Assembly: GCA_944376605.1 (NCBI GenBank) | Contig: CALWDE010000002.1 | Span: 51,500 to 115,499 of the forward strand | Source of the DNA: an uncultured Bacilli bacterium | GTDB taxonomy: Bacteria; Bacillota_I; Bacilli_A; RFN20; CAG-826 | Length of the DNA: 64,000 nucleotides | Direction: 5' to 3' | Part shown: piece after piece, positions 30,001-38,619 of the stretch | Layout of the letters: each line of letters begins with the position of its first letter | Numbering within the stretch: the first letter of the stretch is position 1 | The notes under the pieces: model-generated | What the model was told of the DNA's origin: nothing | The model's database searches: none | The model's input: only the letters and a program-made list of their open reading frames with translations | Position numbers and translations under genes: made by a program

Positions 30001-30177
30001 AGCGACAATAAAAGGCGGTAATTCAGACTTCTCTTTCAAATAAGCAAAATAGGTTAAATGTTCTTTTTCTCTTTCATAGCGGTAATAAAGTTCATACTTA
30101 CCTTCTTTTAAAGCGTCATAAACTTCTCTTCCCGCTTTATCTAAGGAATGAGGAAAATTCGCGTGACTAAGAAACAT
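27040..30177 (-). CDS. SNF2-family helicase
   Basis: LADDMGLGKT, LDEGQ, LTGTPIEN, LRRRK, SLKAGGTGLNL, DPWWN, DRAHRIGQ; start set at 30177 after GGAAGGGG. Confidence 0.93.
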   Translation of the reverse strand: MFLSHANFPHSLDKAGREVYDALKEGKYELYYRYEREKEHLTYFAYLKEKSELPPFIVASLNASGHLIHLSDGYYFRKSHVNALLLFLEEGEKKLSEETLKAYYGEDYPVLKRLSCLDLEEFQAHEDHREHFLHFVKDLELPPSLIKEEKEKLPLATIDFSFAPANLEQTHCFQVSFTIHQGEKEIKVTAGRSYFLSVLTGEEFTYRGQKVPNRKEEFLPPYDALLIDIAKAALAFSRKVPFVNNYSSLIIDRESFVDILFALVGKKVMVEYLRPIEEVIPPAANAYIGFDEEANLIREPASFSKIPHQIYQSKEKVVLVENHHLRLFSFPSKNNASLYLFFLKEGLDSYFDVQDLFPKYVIPLAGKDLVTHPSFKEKSPYKITYQIIYKKEEDEIIYKSIYSQKGKEVSKDEFSSSFLGASLLSAFENALNEKGLKEDGVSEDPSLFLLQDLSSIASLAYLEIDDSLKRLIVKKDLSIKITSHLEGHYLRLTLHSNDFTYEELYKILEGFHKNKRYILLENRALIYTEKVKSTLSLIEEYGFLEKESPLLPFYEAYSLRTRGNDLFTFEDDGSLEKALQDVASFSSYPLSLSSALSSALRDYQKSAIQWLSVCYSYGFCPILADDMGLGKTLETIAFISTLKVNKPLLIVSPKSLVYNWANEFKRWYKDKKVVIVDGPHQVREELLSQMKEDDSVYLLSYDSLRIHHDFLKEKNFSLLVLDEGQTIKNDHTKKAQAAKDLNAEYRIVLTGTPIENNATDLWSIFDFLMPGYLGAKNEFLRMYEDSFLSKKIEILVRPFVLRRRKEDVLSSLPPKTILQVPVHLDEKERKIYESYLYKAREMRQEVGPIAILQMLTRLRQICIDPSTFLEGFEEPSSKLSLAMIIIQNNVSTGHKVLVFSSFTKVLDHLKPLLEEVEIPYAAITGDTGALERVKLADNFNKKDEIKVMLISLKAGGTGLNLQGADTVIHLDPWWNLAAEEQASDRAHRIGQVHPVTIYKLITEDSVEEKVVLLQEKKKEIYERFIKSGEEGVSSLSKEDIAFILS

Positions 30178-31591
30178 AATGCCCCCTTCCATAAGCGAAT
30201 ACCCCTTCTTCTTTCGTTCTTTCTCTCTTTATAAAGAAGCGAACTAAAATAGCGTCTAAGTCAGGATATTCCTCTCTTTTCTTCTCTATATCAGGAAGAG
30301 AAATACAATTTTCTAAAAAAGGACTATTTTCTTCTTCAAGTACCAAAAAGATAGGAAGAAAAGCAAAAGAGGTGTCTTCTCCTTCTTTTTGAAAGAGGCT
30401 ATCTAGATAGTTATAAATTGTTTTTTCTGCTTCTTTTAAAGCATCGCCTTCTAAATAAGGAAGCACTCTAGCTAAATCGATATAGGGGAAAGAGGTGAGA
30501 GACACTTCTTTTCCTTTTTCCATAAGTAGTAGCGCTTCTTCATAGTGACATTCTCGCGCGTGAGAGAATATTTCTTCTTCGTGTTCTTGAACTAGCTCCT
30601 TGGAAACAAATTTTCTCGCTTTTAAATAATCTTCAAAACTAGGCGCAAGGGATAAATATCTTAAAGCCAATGCTTCTTTTTCTTCCTTGCTTAAGAAGAT
30701 AGAGAAATAAGAAAAAGCATCTAAATCAAAAAAGTGTTGCTCCTCCATTAAAATGCGGAAGATATCTACACTTTCTTTCTTTAACTTACGCACTCTAGCT
30801 TCATATAAGAATTCTTTTGCGGAGGCACTTTGTCCTTTTGCTAAATAGGGTAAAAGGGGACTAAGAATTCTTCTTGCCTCTTCTTCTTTGATTGTCGTGA
30901 TACCAAATGTTGTGTAATCGTGAAGCAACAAATGATTCATGTGCGGCAAGGCCGCTTCTTGATACGCTTTCCCTAAGGCGATGTTTTTATCTAAGAAAAG
31001 TCTTAAAAGCGGTTGATATTGCACTTCTTTTAAAGTTGCAAGAGCCTTCTCAAGATAAATAGGCCCCACTTCTTCCTCTTTTAATTTGGCCATTTTGTAA
31101 AGAGTCTCTGTATAGATAAAATAATTTTCTAAAGAATGAGAAAAGCGAAGAGTAAGTGCGAGACCTTTTGTAATTACTTCGTCTAGTTCTTCTTTACTTA
31201 AAGGAGAAATTCCTCTTTTCTTTGCTTCGTAAAGAAGGGGAGGCTGCTGCTTTTGGTAAGAATCTTCGTAATAAGCAAGATAGCTAGAGTATAAAGAAGG
31301 GCGATTTTTCTCTTCCTCTTCAATCTCTTCTTTTCTTTTTTGATTGAGAAAATAAAGACAAGAGGTGACATGTTTACATAGCCCAATATTCGAACAAGTA
31401 CAGGAATAGGAGGTTAAAACCATATCCTCCAAATGCATGACAACTTCATAATCCTTACTGCCGTGGACTTTGAATTTTGCTTCTTTTCCCTCTTTTGCGA
31501 GAAGTTCTACTTTTCCTTCTTCAAAGATCGCTTTCCCTATTTGTTTGATTTTCGGGCCTACTGCTAACAGATTTGTAAGAAAACTTGCCAT
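30167..31591 (-). CDS. SWIM zinc-finger protein
   Basis: VHGSKDYEV...CTC....CKH SWIM signature followed by a helical region; overlaps the SNF2 start. Confidence 0.8.
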   Translation of the reverse strand: MASFLTNLLAVGPKIKQIGKAIFEEGKVELLAKEGKEAKFKVHGSKDYEVVMHLEDMVLTSYSCTCSNIGLCKHVTSCLYFLNQKRKEEIEEEEKNRPSLYSSYLAYYEDSYQKQQPPLLYEAKKRGISPLSKEELDEVITKGLALTLRFSHSLENYFIYTETLYKMAKLKEEEVGPIYLEKALATLKEVQYQPLLRLFLDKNIALGKAYQEAALPHMNHLLLHDYTTFGITTIKEEEARRILSPLLPYLAKGQSASAKEFLYEARVRKLKKESVDIFRILMEEQHFFDLDAFSYFSIFLSKEEKEALALRYLSLAPSFEDYLKARKFVSKELVQEHEEEIFSHARECHYEEALLLMEKGKEVSLTSFPYIDLARVLPYLEGDALKEAEKTIYNYLDSLFQKEGEDTSFAFLPIFLVLEEENSPFLENCISLPDIEKKREEYPDLDAILVRFFIKRERTKEEGVFAYGRGHYVS

Positions 31592-31695
31592 TACTATCAT
31601 TGTAGCGAAGGAAACAAAAAGGGTTAAGGATATTTTTAATTTCTTCTCTTCTTTTTTATGATGACTATCTCTCTTTTTTCCTTCCCTTCTTAAGC

Positions 31696-31724
31696 TTGAT
31701 CGCGATCGATGTGACTGTTAATCT
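31696..31724 (+). promoter_or_regulatory. Promoter for a probable leaderless DUF3578 transcript
   Basis: TTGATC-17 nt-TAATCT with TG extension, 6 nt before ATG 31731. Confidence 0.55.
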
Positions 31725-31730
31725 GGTGAC

Positions 31731-32981
31731 ATGCAAGAAAGCTTTCAATTTGTTTTAGATCATTACAAAGAAAAACAGGGGAAGGTCAATCATTTTGACC
31801 CTGTTTATCAAGTGTTATGTGTTGATCTTAAAAAAGAATTAGAAAGTTTATTTCCTTCTTTTACTGATTTGAAAGTGAAAGGCTCTATGGGGAATGGATA
31901 TCTTTCTTCTTGCCCCTGGATTGCTCTTTTAAATCGGCAAATCACCACATCTACAAGACACGGACTTTATGTGGTGTATTTATTTTGCTCTGATATGAGA
32001 GGATTTTACTTATCTTTAAATCAGGGAATTACCTATTTTGCGGACAAATATAAAAGGAAAAAGTATCGCGCGGCAGAAGAAGTTGCTCGTTATTTTCAAA
32101 ACGAACTTCCTGTTAACTCTTTTTCTTCCTCACCTATTTCTCTTCAGGTAAAAAGAGGAGAATTAGGCTACGGCTATGAGAAGACAAATATCCTTTCTCG
32201 TTTTTACCCTTCGCATTCTTTTCAAGAAGAAGAGCTTCTTCATGATTTAAAAGAAATGATGAATCTTTATTCTTATCTACTTTCTCATTTTCCTTCTTTT
32301 TCCTATGAAAAGGTTGTAGAAGATGTTTTAAACTTTGTTTCTTTTTATGAAAACGAAGACGAAAGAAAGAAACGCTTCCTCATCAAAGCGGAGGAGGCGG
32401 AAAAATCTTTAAAAGACGCTTTAGAAAAGTCTTCCCCTTTTGATGACATCGAGGTCAAATTAGAAGAAGTTGAACCAAAAAGAGAAGTGTCAACGCGTTT
32501 AAAGGCTTTTGATGATACACGCACAATTCGTAAGAAAATTGATTATCTTGCTAAGGCCCAAAAAGACGCAGAAGATGGGGCGAAAGGAGAAGAACTCGCG
32601 CTAGGTTTTGAAAGAGAACGTCTCGCTTCTATTGGACTAGGTGACTACATTGATAAGATGAAATGGGTTGCTATTGAGTCGGATTCATTTGGCTATGATA
32701 TTTCTTCTTTTGACATTATTGATGGAAAAATAAAAGAGATTCAAATTGAAGTAAAATCAACTTCTTCTAAAGTGGACCGTGAATTTCCTGTTTCAAAAGG
32801 GGAAGTAGAGGCCTCAAAACGCTATAAAGACACCTATTACATTTACCGCATTTATCACCTTCATAGTGTTCATCCTAAAATTTATCGAGTCAGAGGCGCT
32901 CTAGAAGATAACTTTGAGTTAGATCCTATTTCTTATCTTGCTTATTACCGCGGGAAGATTAGAGAACCAAATAACTTATAA
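31731..32981 (+). CDS. McrB-N-like (DUF3578) plus DUF3883 nuclease; putative modification-dependent restriction enzyme
   Basis: KGSMGNG....PWIA......ST..GLYVVYLF....FYLSLNQG; C-terminal GEE...GYDISS...IEVKST. Confidence 0.8.
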   Translation: MQESFQFVLDHYKEKQGKVNHFDPVYQVLCVDLKKELESLFPSFTDLKVKGSMGNGYLSSCPWIALLNRQITTSTRHGLYVVYLFCSDMRGFYLSLNQGITYFADKYKRKKYRAAEEVARYFQNELPVNSFSSSPISLQVKRGELGYGYEKTNILSRFYPSHSFQEEELLHDLKEMMNLYSYLLSHFPSFSYEKVVEDVLNFVSFYENEDERKKRFLIKAEEAEKSLKDALEKSSPFDDIEVKLEEVEPKREVSTRLKAFDDTRTIRKKIDYLAKAQKDAEDGAKGEELALGFERERLASIGLGDYIDKMKWVAIESDSFGYDISSFDIIDGKIKEIQIEVKSTSSKVDREFPVSKGEVEASKRYKDTYYIYRIYHLHSVHPKIYRVRGALEDNFELDPISYLAYYRGKIREPNNL

Positions 32982-33800
32982 AATGGAATCTTCTTCTTCT
33001 CTTTCTAATGACGAAGGTTTGGCGACAAAATCATAAAAGCCATTTTGAATTCCAAAATAATCAATAAGGAAAAGAATAGAAGTGTTAAGAACAGAAATGG
33101 AATGGTCTTTTTGCAAAAGAAAATGCTGCTGCTTTGCGACAATTCGAGAAAGAGAAGTAGAGGAGTAAACTTTGTAGGGAAGGTAGCCAAACTGTCCTTG
33201 GGAAAGATAATTCCATTTATATAATGAAGTTCTGACAAGAGAAATAATGTTTTCTTTGTCCCAATCTTTTAGGCGTATTTGATGAAGTTTTCTTTTGGCA
33301 ACTATCTGTTTATATCTTGGTAAATCTATAAAGTGACACACGTTGTCTTTAGCGTTCTCATCGTAAAAATCATCCGCATCTAGAAGAGATTCAAACATAG
33401 GGAAATTGATATATAGTTTGCCAATTCCAGGGTCTGTTTCGTTTGTGAAATACTCCGCCATTTCAGATACCTGCTGGCAATTTTGTTTCACCATTTTTAA
33501 GTCAAATACTCCGTTTTTGCAGCAGTTATGACAATCAAAGTCGAAAACTAAATAAATATAAGCAAAAGTTTGGCTAAGTAACTCTCGTTCACTTTCCTTA
33601 ATGCCTTTATGCAATTTCAACACATCAATAATGTTCGCAGAGAAATCATATTCTTTTAACTTTTTATATAAATCATATATGTTCGTAGAATAGGGCACTA
33701 TCTCATAGGAGATATGAAACATCTCGCTCATTTTTTGAAAGAAAGTGACTTCCGTTTTTCTGCCTTCTACTATGAGTAATATCTTGCTCTTTTTAATCAT
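32976..33800 (-). CDS. RloB-like/TOPRIM-type partner of the AAA ATPase
   Basis: LIVEGRKTE..F, LVFDFD, NFPMFE motifs; start overlaps the ATPase stop. Confidence 0.65.
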   Translation of the reverse strand: MIKKSKILLIVEGRKTEVTFFQKMSEMFHISYEIVPYSTNIYDLYKKLKEYDFSANIIDVLKLHKGIKESERELLSQTFAYIYLVFDFDCHNCCKNGVFDLKMVKQNCQQVSEMAEYFTNETDPGIGKLYINFPMFESLLDADDFYDENAKDNVCHFIDLPRYKQIVAKRKLHQIRLKDWDKENIISLVRTSLYKWNYLSQGQFGYLPYKVYSSTSLSRIVAKQQHFLLQKDHSISVLNTSILFLIDYFGIQNGFYDFVAKPSSLEREEEDSIL

Positions 33801-34893
33801 TAAAAACTCCATTGATATAAAGTTTTTCTAGATTATGAGCCTCGCGAATCTCTTTATCTGTGCATGCCGGTAAATTCTTAATCTGATTTCCGTTTATGAT
33901 ATAGCAGCAATCGGGTCGCGTTATTTTGTTGTTCATTAAATATGTATTATGAGTTGTTACAACAGATTGTAAATTCTCGTATTGATTGATAATTTTAATG
34001 AGATATTCTGCCGATTCATAATGTAAAAACGCATCAAATTCATCAATAAACAAGAAAGATAATTGAGGAAAGAAATATCGCCAGTAGAAAAATAGATATA
34101 AACTTGAAGTTCCTGTAGAGCTGATGGATAAAAAGGGTATTTTTCCCTTTGGGAATTTAACCATTAAGGCATGAATATTATTAAAGAGACTGAAGTCTAA
34201 ATCGAAGTCAACTCCATTTTCTTTAAGAAATTTTTGAAGTTCTTCTTTTTGGTTTGTGGAATAAATTGTTTCATCTAAAGAAGCAACGCCGTTAGTAAAA
34301 CCGGCGTAATTGTTGCCTTCGGAAAGACTCCGAAACCAAAGCATTCCGTTAACAAAATTCATTAATTTATTGAGAATACTTTCAGAAGATTGTGGTGTAT
34401 TTCGATAAATATACTTCAAAATAGAAAGCCGATTTCCCGTTAGATGAATTTGCAAATTCCCTGTAAGAGAAGCATCGATTAGCTTTGGAACTGCATTTAG
34501 ATAATGATAATTAAGAAGAGTCTTCCCATTCACTGTTAACTTTTCCGAAACAAGAAAGTCGGGATTGGCCTTATGATATTCATAGACGACTTCATTTTCT
34601 TGAAAGCAAAAGGTGTATTTAAAACGCGCGGTGGTCTTTTTTGAATTAAGGCAAAGATAATTTTGCAAATACACATTATCCATTCTTTTTGCATCGCTTA
34701 AATGACTCACAATGTCGAATAAAGCAATTCCTAAATTCGATTTTCCGCTGCCATTTTTGCCATAAACGAGCGCTTTGCTGACAATGTCATGATGTATCAA
34801 AGATTTATTGAAATCATAACGTGAAGCAGAAAAGTCCATGATAAGTGGTTCAGAAAAACCCTTAAAATTCTCGCATTCAAATTGTTTTAACAT
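33793..34893 (-). CDS. ABC/AAA_21-type ATPase (RloA/AbiEii-like)
   Basis: ENFKGF, YGKNGSGKSN, SSTGT, FIDEFDAFLH, TTHN; start set at 34893. Confidence 0.85.
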   Translation of the reverse strand: MLKQFECENFKGFSEPLIMDFSASRYDFNKSLIHHDIVSKALVYGKNGSGKSNLGIALFDIVSHLSDAKRMDNVYLQNYLCLNSKKTTARFKYTFCFQENEVVYEYHKANPDFLVSEKLTVNGKTLLNYHYLNAVPKLIDASLTGNLQIHLTGNRLSILKYIYRNTPQSSESILNKLMNFVNGMLWFRSLSEGNNYAGFTNGVASLDETIYSTNQKEELQKFLKENGVDFDLDFSLFNNIHALMVKFPKGKIPFLSISSTGTSSLYLFFYWRYFFPQLSFLFIDEFDAFLHYESAEYLIKIINQYENLQSVVTTHNTYLMNNKITRPDCCYIINGNQIKNLPACTDKEIREAHNLEKLYINGVFND

Positions 34894-34948
34894 ATGTATA
34901 TCCCCCATATCAATTATAGAAAAGGGAAGATCATGAATGCAATACAAT

Positions 34949-34984
34949 CCGTAAAAAAACTACGGCACCGAAAAAAGAATACGG
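34949..34984. promoter_or_regulatory. Two tandem 17-bp palindromic boxes upstream of the ATPase operon
   Basis: CCGTA-N7-TACGG (34949-34965) and CCGAA-N7-TACGG (34968-34984). Confidence 0.55.
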
Positions 34985-35202
34985 AAAATATTAATCGAAA
35001 ACTACGTTTAAAAATAAGTTACATCTCTATAAATAGTGTTTAAAAACTTTTTCAATTCCCGCTAAATATAACTTGTTATATTTCTTTTTAATTATCGCTT
35101 GTTTTGAAAGAAAAAAGTGTAAAAAATAACATATTTAGCAATTTTTGGCGTTTACTCTTTATTTTCGGTATTTATATAATCAAAAATTAGGGAGGCACTT
35201 TT

Positions 35203-35841
35203 ATGATAAAAGGAATTATTTTCGATCTTGATGGAGTACTCGTTTTTACTGACGAATACCATTATTTAGCGTGGCAAAAAGTTTTTGATAAATACAACCT
35301 ATTTTTTGACCGCAATATGAATCAGAAATTGAGAGGAGTAAGCAGAAAGGAAAGTTTAGAAATCGTCTTAAGAGAAAACAAAATTTCTATGGATGAGACA
35401 CAAAAAGAGAAACTTCTAAAAGAAAAAAATGATATTTACATTCAATTTTTGGAAGAAAAGTTAACTCCAGAAGTTATTCCTCAGACAACTCGTGAGGTTT
35501 TAAGCAGCCTCCGCGAGAAAGGCTTTAAATTAGCAATTGGTAGTTCTTCCAAAAACACGCCACTAATTTTAAAGAGAACCGAACTATTGCCATATTTTGA
35601 TGCAATTAGTGACGGCAATATGATTCAAAATTCAAAGCCGGATCCAGAAGTATTCTTAAAAGCTGCGAGTCTCTTACATCTTTCTCCGCAAGAATGTGTT
35701 GTTGTGGAAGATGGGGAAGCGGGTATTGTTGCGGCAATACGTGGGGGATTTATGCCTTTTGGCATTGGAAAGGAAATTTCGCCCTCTTTGCCTTATCGAC
35801 CCATTTCTTCTCTTAATGATTTACTTTGCTTTAATTTTTAG
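35203..35841 (+). CDS. pgmB: Beta-phosphoglucomutase
   Basis: FDLDGV, HYLAW, LRGVSR, SSSKN, SKPDPEVFL, VEDG HAD motifs; GH65 in the same locus. Confidence 0.9.
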   Translation: MIKGIIFDLDGVLVFTDEYHYLAWQKVFDKYNLFFDRNMNQKLRGVSRKESLEIVLRENKISMDETQKEKLLKEKNDIYIQFLEEKLTPEVIPQTTREVLSSLREKGFKLAIGSSSKNTPLILKRTELLPYFDAISDGNMIQNSKPDPEVFLKAASLLHLSPQECVVVEDGEAGIVAAIRGGFMPFGIGKEISPSLPYRPISSLNDLLCFNF

Positions 35842-35856
35842 TTCAGTAAGAAAAAG

Positions 35857-35895
35857 TTGCTCAAAGTTGCGCAAGCTTGAGCATCTACTTGCGTA
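35857..35895 (+). promoter_or_regulatory. Four heptamer repeats, candidate DeoR operator
   Basis: TTGCTCA (35857), TTGCGCA (35867), TTGAGCA (35877), TTGCGTA (35889). Confidence 0.45.
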
Positions 35896-35978
35896 AATGT
35901 GTTTGATTTTCAACATTTTTGCCATTTCCCCAAAAGAAAGAAAACCCTTTATAGACTAGAAAACATGGAGGAGATTTC

Positions 35979-38537
35979 ATGAAAAAATCATCTATTGTTT
36001 TACCCGTTTTGCTTGGTGCAATGGTGATGCTTCCTGGTGCTGTTTTAGAAGAAAATCATCCGATTTCTTTTTCACCAGATTTAAGCATTCGCGAACTACC
36101 AGGTGAAACAATCGAGTATCCTGCAGCTGGCGTGATTGATGATGCTAGTTGTATGCGCTCGATTTGGCAGTCTTCTACATTTGGCTTTAAAAGGCTAGAT
36201 GATCAAAGAGTGGCAGTTACTGGTGCTTCGGGATGGGGATTCCGCTGTGACTATGGTCCTACAACTTTCTCTCGTGACCGTTTTGAGGTTTCACTAGACT
36301 TAACCGATTTTACTAGAGGTGACTGTCTTGGTTTATCCTTTGGCCCACAAGGTATTTACCATGGAGAAGCTGCACAAGGTTTATGCATGGACATTGTGAA
36401 GTACTCCTTTGATGAGAGAAACGACTACATGGTGTGCCTTAATCCCGGCTCTGCTAACACTGACCCTAAATATGAACACAATGTGTCCATTGAAGGTTGG
36501 CCAAATTCTGAGGAAGTATGGCTCGATTCTTATAAAGGTGCGGTAGTCACGGCGGAAGATAATGTTCTCAATATTGGCTGGACGGTTACAGGCGAAGAAG
36601 TTGAAATCTATGTGAATGACTATAGCGCTACCTTCCCTGTTGATATCATTTTCGCCAACTTAGCGGATGAATTCTGTGTCAATTTCTGCACTGGCTATCA
36701 AAGCGGTCCTCGTTATTTCATCCTTAATCACTGCATGGACGGGGATGATATGGCTTATTACAACAAGGAAACAGGAACCTACTATGAAGTGAAAAAGCAG
36801 GTAGAAGATTTTGTTTCCTCTGTTAGTAATGTCACTCTCGATACCGTTCAAGATTTCATTGATGCTTATGCCTTAAGCGAAGACGTAAATCTTGATGAAC
36901 TTTATTCTCATGACGAAGTTTATTTAAGAAGAACCTTTGACCCCGCTTTAGAAGGCCTTCAATCTAATGCAGTTGAAAAATTCGGTAATTCCACTTATAT
37001 CGAACTTCTTCGCTACTATGTCAATCAACTTAACACTTTAGCAGAAGATTTAACGACAGAAGAAAACTTACTCGCTGCTTTATCGAAAGTAGACATGATT
37101 AATCTTGTCAACGAAGATATTGCCTCATTATCTCTAACAGAAGAAGAGCAGCAGCAAATTGCAGAAATTCGTTCAACATTTGAGGAAGACTACACTCTTG
37201 TACAAACAGAAGCAGGAAATCGTTATGGCGAAATTGTAAATGCAGTTATTTCTCAAATGAATTCTGCTGCCACTTTAGAAGAAGTCCGCGCGGCAGAAAT
37301 TGCTTATAACTCTATTTCTACTACCTTCCGTGGCTATATGGATGCAGAGGCACTCGCCACACTTGAAGCATCTTTAGAAGCTTCGCGTACTGCCTTTATC
37401 GAAAAATTTAGCAAAGTTTCGGAAGAATCCGGATTTATCAGCGGAAATGATCTCCGTGTTGTGGAAGGGGAATCTTCCATTGGTTTAACTGCTTGGGGAA
37501 GTACTGCCACATCTGATCAAACTGGAAGCGGACTTCTCTATACAAAAGAAGCCTTAGATATTATTGATTTCAGCGCTGATTACACGATTGATCACTTCGG
37601 ACAATATGCTATTTCCATTATGGCTGAGCCTACCTTCTTTAGCGCAGCAGATAATGAAACCATTCAAAACTTCAAAGGATTTGTCTTCCTCGTTCGTGAA
37701 GTAAATGAAACTCAGGCTAGTGTCCAACCCTATCTTATCGATGGCACTTGCAACCGCTTCTTCGATGGTCAATTATCCCAAACTGATTTAATCATTGATA
37801 AAGAAGGTGACATTCATTTCGAACTTGCCGTGCGTCAAGTAAATACAAGTGGAATTATTGAAAATTACTTAGAGTTCTCCTTCAATGGAGTAAAGTATGA
37901 AACTCCTCTTATTCGTGAATTTGAAATTCTTGGTGCCTTTAATAACGCAAAAGGATACTTCGGAATTGGTTCGCAAAACGGAAACGCACGTTCTCCTCTT
38001 ACTCTCACGTTAAATCAAATTAACGGTAACGCTGTTACTTCTTCTTCTCTTGTAAAGAAAGATATTTCTTATGACCCAGTGGCATCTAGCGACAGCTTCA
38101 TCTTTGAACTTGGTGACACCAATAACCTCACCATTGGCGTAGATCCTCGTCTTGAAACTGGATTACGTTTCTACATGGACGGCACGCTTCTAACAAGTGG
38201 AGAAGAGTACACCTATCAAAGAAATACAACTTTAAATTTAAAGGCTGATTATCTCAATACTTTAGCGGCTGGTAACCATACCTTGAAACTTGAAAGCGAT
38301 AAAGGTTCTAGCGAAATCACCATTGTTGTTCAAGAAAAGGAAGCCCCAGTTGATCCGGGCAGTTCTTCTGATGGAACTAGTTCAAGTGAGGGCGGAAATG
38401 AACCAGTTACGCCACCTGCAGAAGGCGGTTTAACTCCTGGCGCGATTGCAGGCATTGTAGTTGGCTCTCTTGCTGGAGTTGCTTTAATTGCAGGTCTACT
38501 TATCTACTTCCTTGTGAAAAAGAGCAAGAAGAAATAA
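35979..38537 (+). CDS. Large secreted membrane-anchored protein (beta-sandwich, helical and X2-like modules)
   Basis: Signal-like N-terminus; LKADYLNTLAAGNHTLKL X2-like motif; P/S/G linker, C-terminal TM helix and KKSKKK tail. Confidence 0.75.
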   Translation: MKKSSIVLPVLLGAMVMLPGAVLEENHPISFSPDLSIRELPGETIEYPAAGVIDDASCMRSIWQSSTFGFKRLDDQRVAVTGASGWGFRCDYGPTTFSRDRFEVSLDLTDFTRGDCLGLSFGPQGIYHGEAAQGLCMDIVKYSFDERNDYMVCLNPGSANTDPKYEHNVSIEGWPNSEEVWLDSYKGAVVTAEDNVLNIGWTVTGEEVEIYVNDYSATFPVDIIFANLADEFCVNFCTGYQSGPRYFILNHCMDGDDMAYYNKETGTYYEVKKQVEDFVSSVSNVTLDTVQDFIDAYALSEDVNLDELYSHDEVYLRRTFDPALEGLQSNAVEKFGNSTYIELLRYYVNQLNTLAEDLTTEENLLAALSKVDMINLVNEDIASLSLTEEEQQQIAEIRSTFEEDYTLVQTEAGNRYGEIVNAVISQMNSAATLEEVRAAEIAYNSISTTFRGYMDAEALATLEASLEASRTAFIEKFSKVSEESGFISGNDLRVVEGESSIGLTAWGSTATSDQTGSGLLYTKEALDIIDFSADYTIDHFGQYAISIMAEPTFFSAADNETIQNFKGFVFLVREVNETQASVQPYLIDGTCNRFFDGQLSQTDLIIDKEGDIHFELAVRQVNTSGIIENYLEFSFNGVKYETPLIREFEILGAFNNAKGYFGIGSQNGNARSPLTLTLNQINGNAVTSSSLVKKDISYDPVASSDSFIFELGDTNNLTIGVDPRLETGLRFYMDGTLLTSGEEYTYQRNTTLNLKADYLNTLAAGNHTLKLESDKGSSEITIVVQEKEAPVDPGSSSDGTSSSEGGNEPVTPPAEGGLTPGAIAGIVVGSLAGVALIAGLLIYFLVKKSKKK

Positions 38538-38553
38538 TTCTTCTCTTCCAAAC

Positions 38554-38583
38554 AAAAAGCCTTGATGAATTCAAGGCTTTTTT
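38554..38583. terminator. Bidirectional intrinsic terminator
   Basis: AAAAAGCCTTGA-loop-TCAAGGCTTTTT. Confidence 0.8.
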
Positions 38584-38619
38584 ATTGGTATCATACGTCA
38601 AGATAGATGGACAAATATC

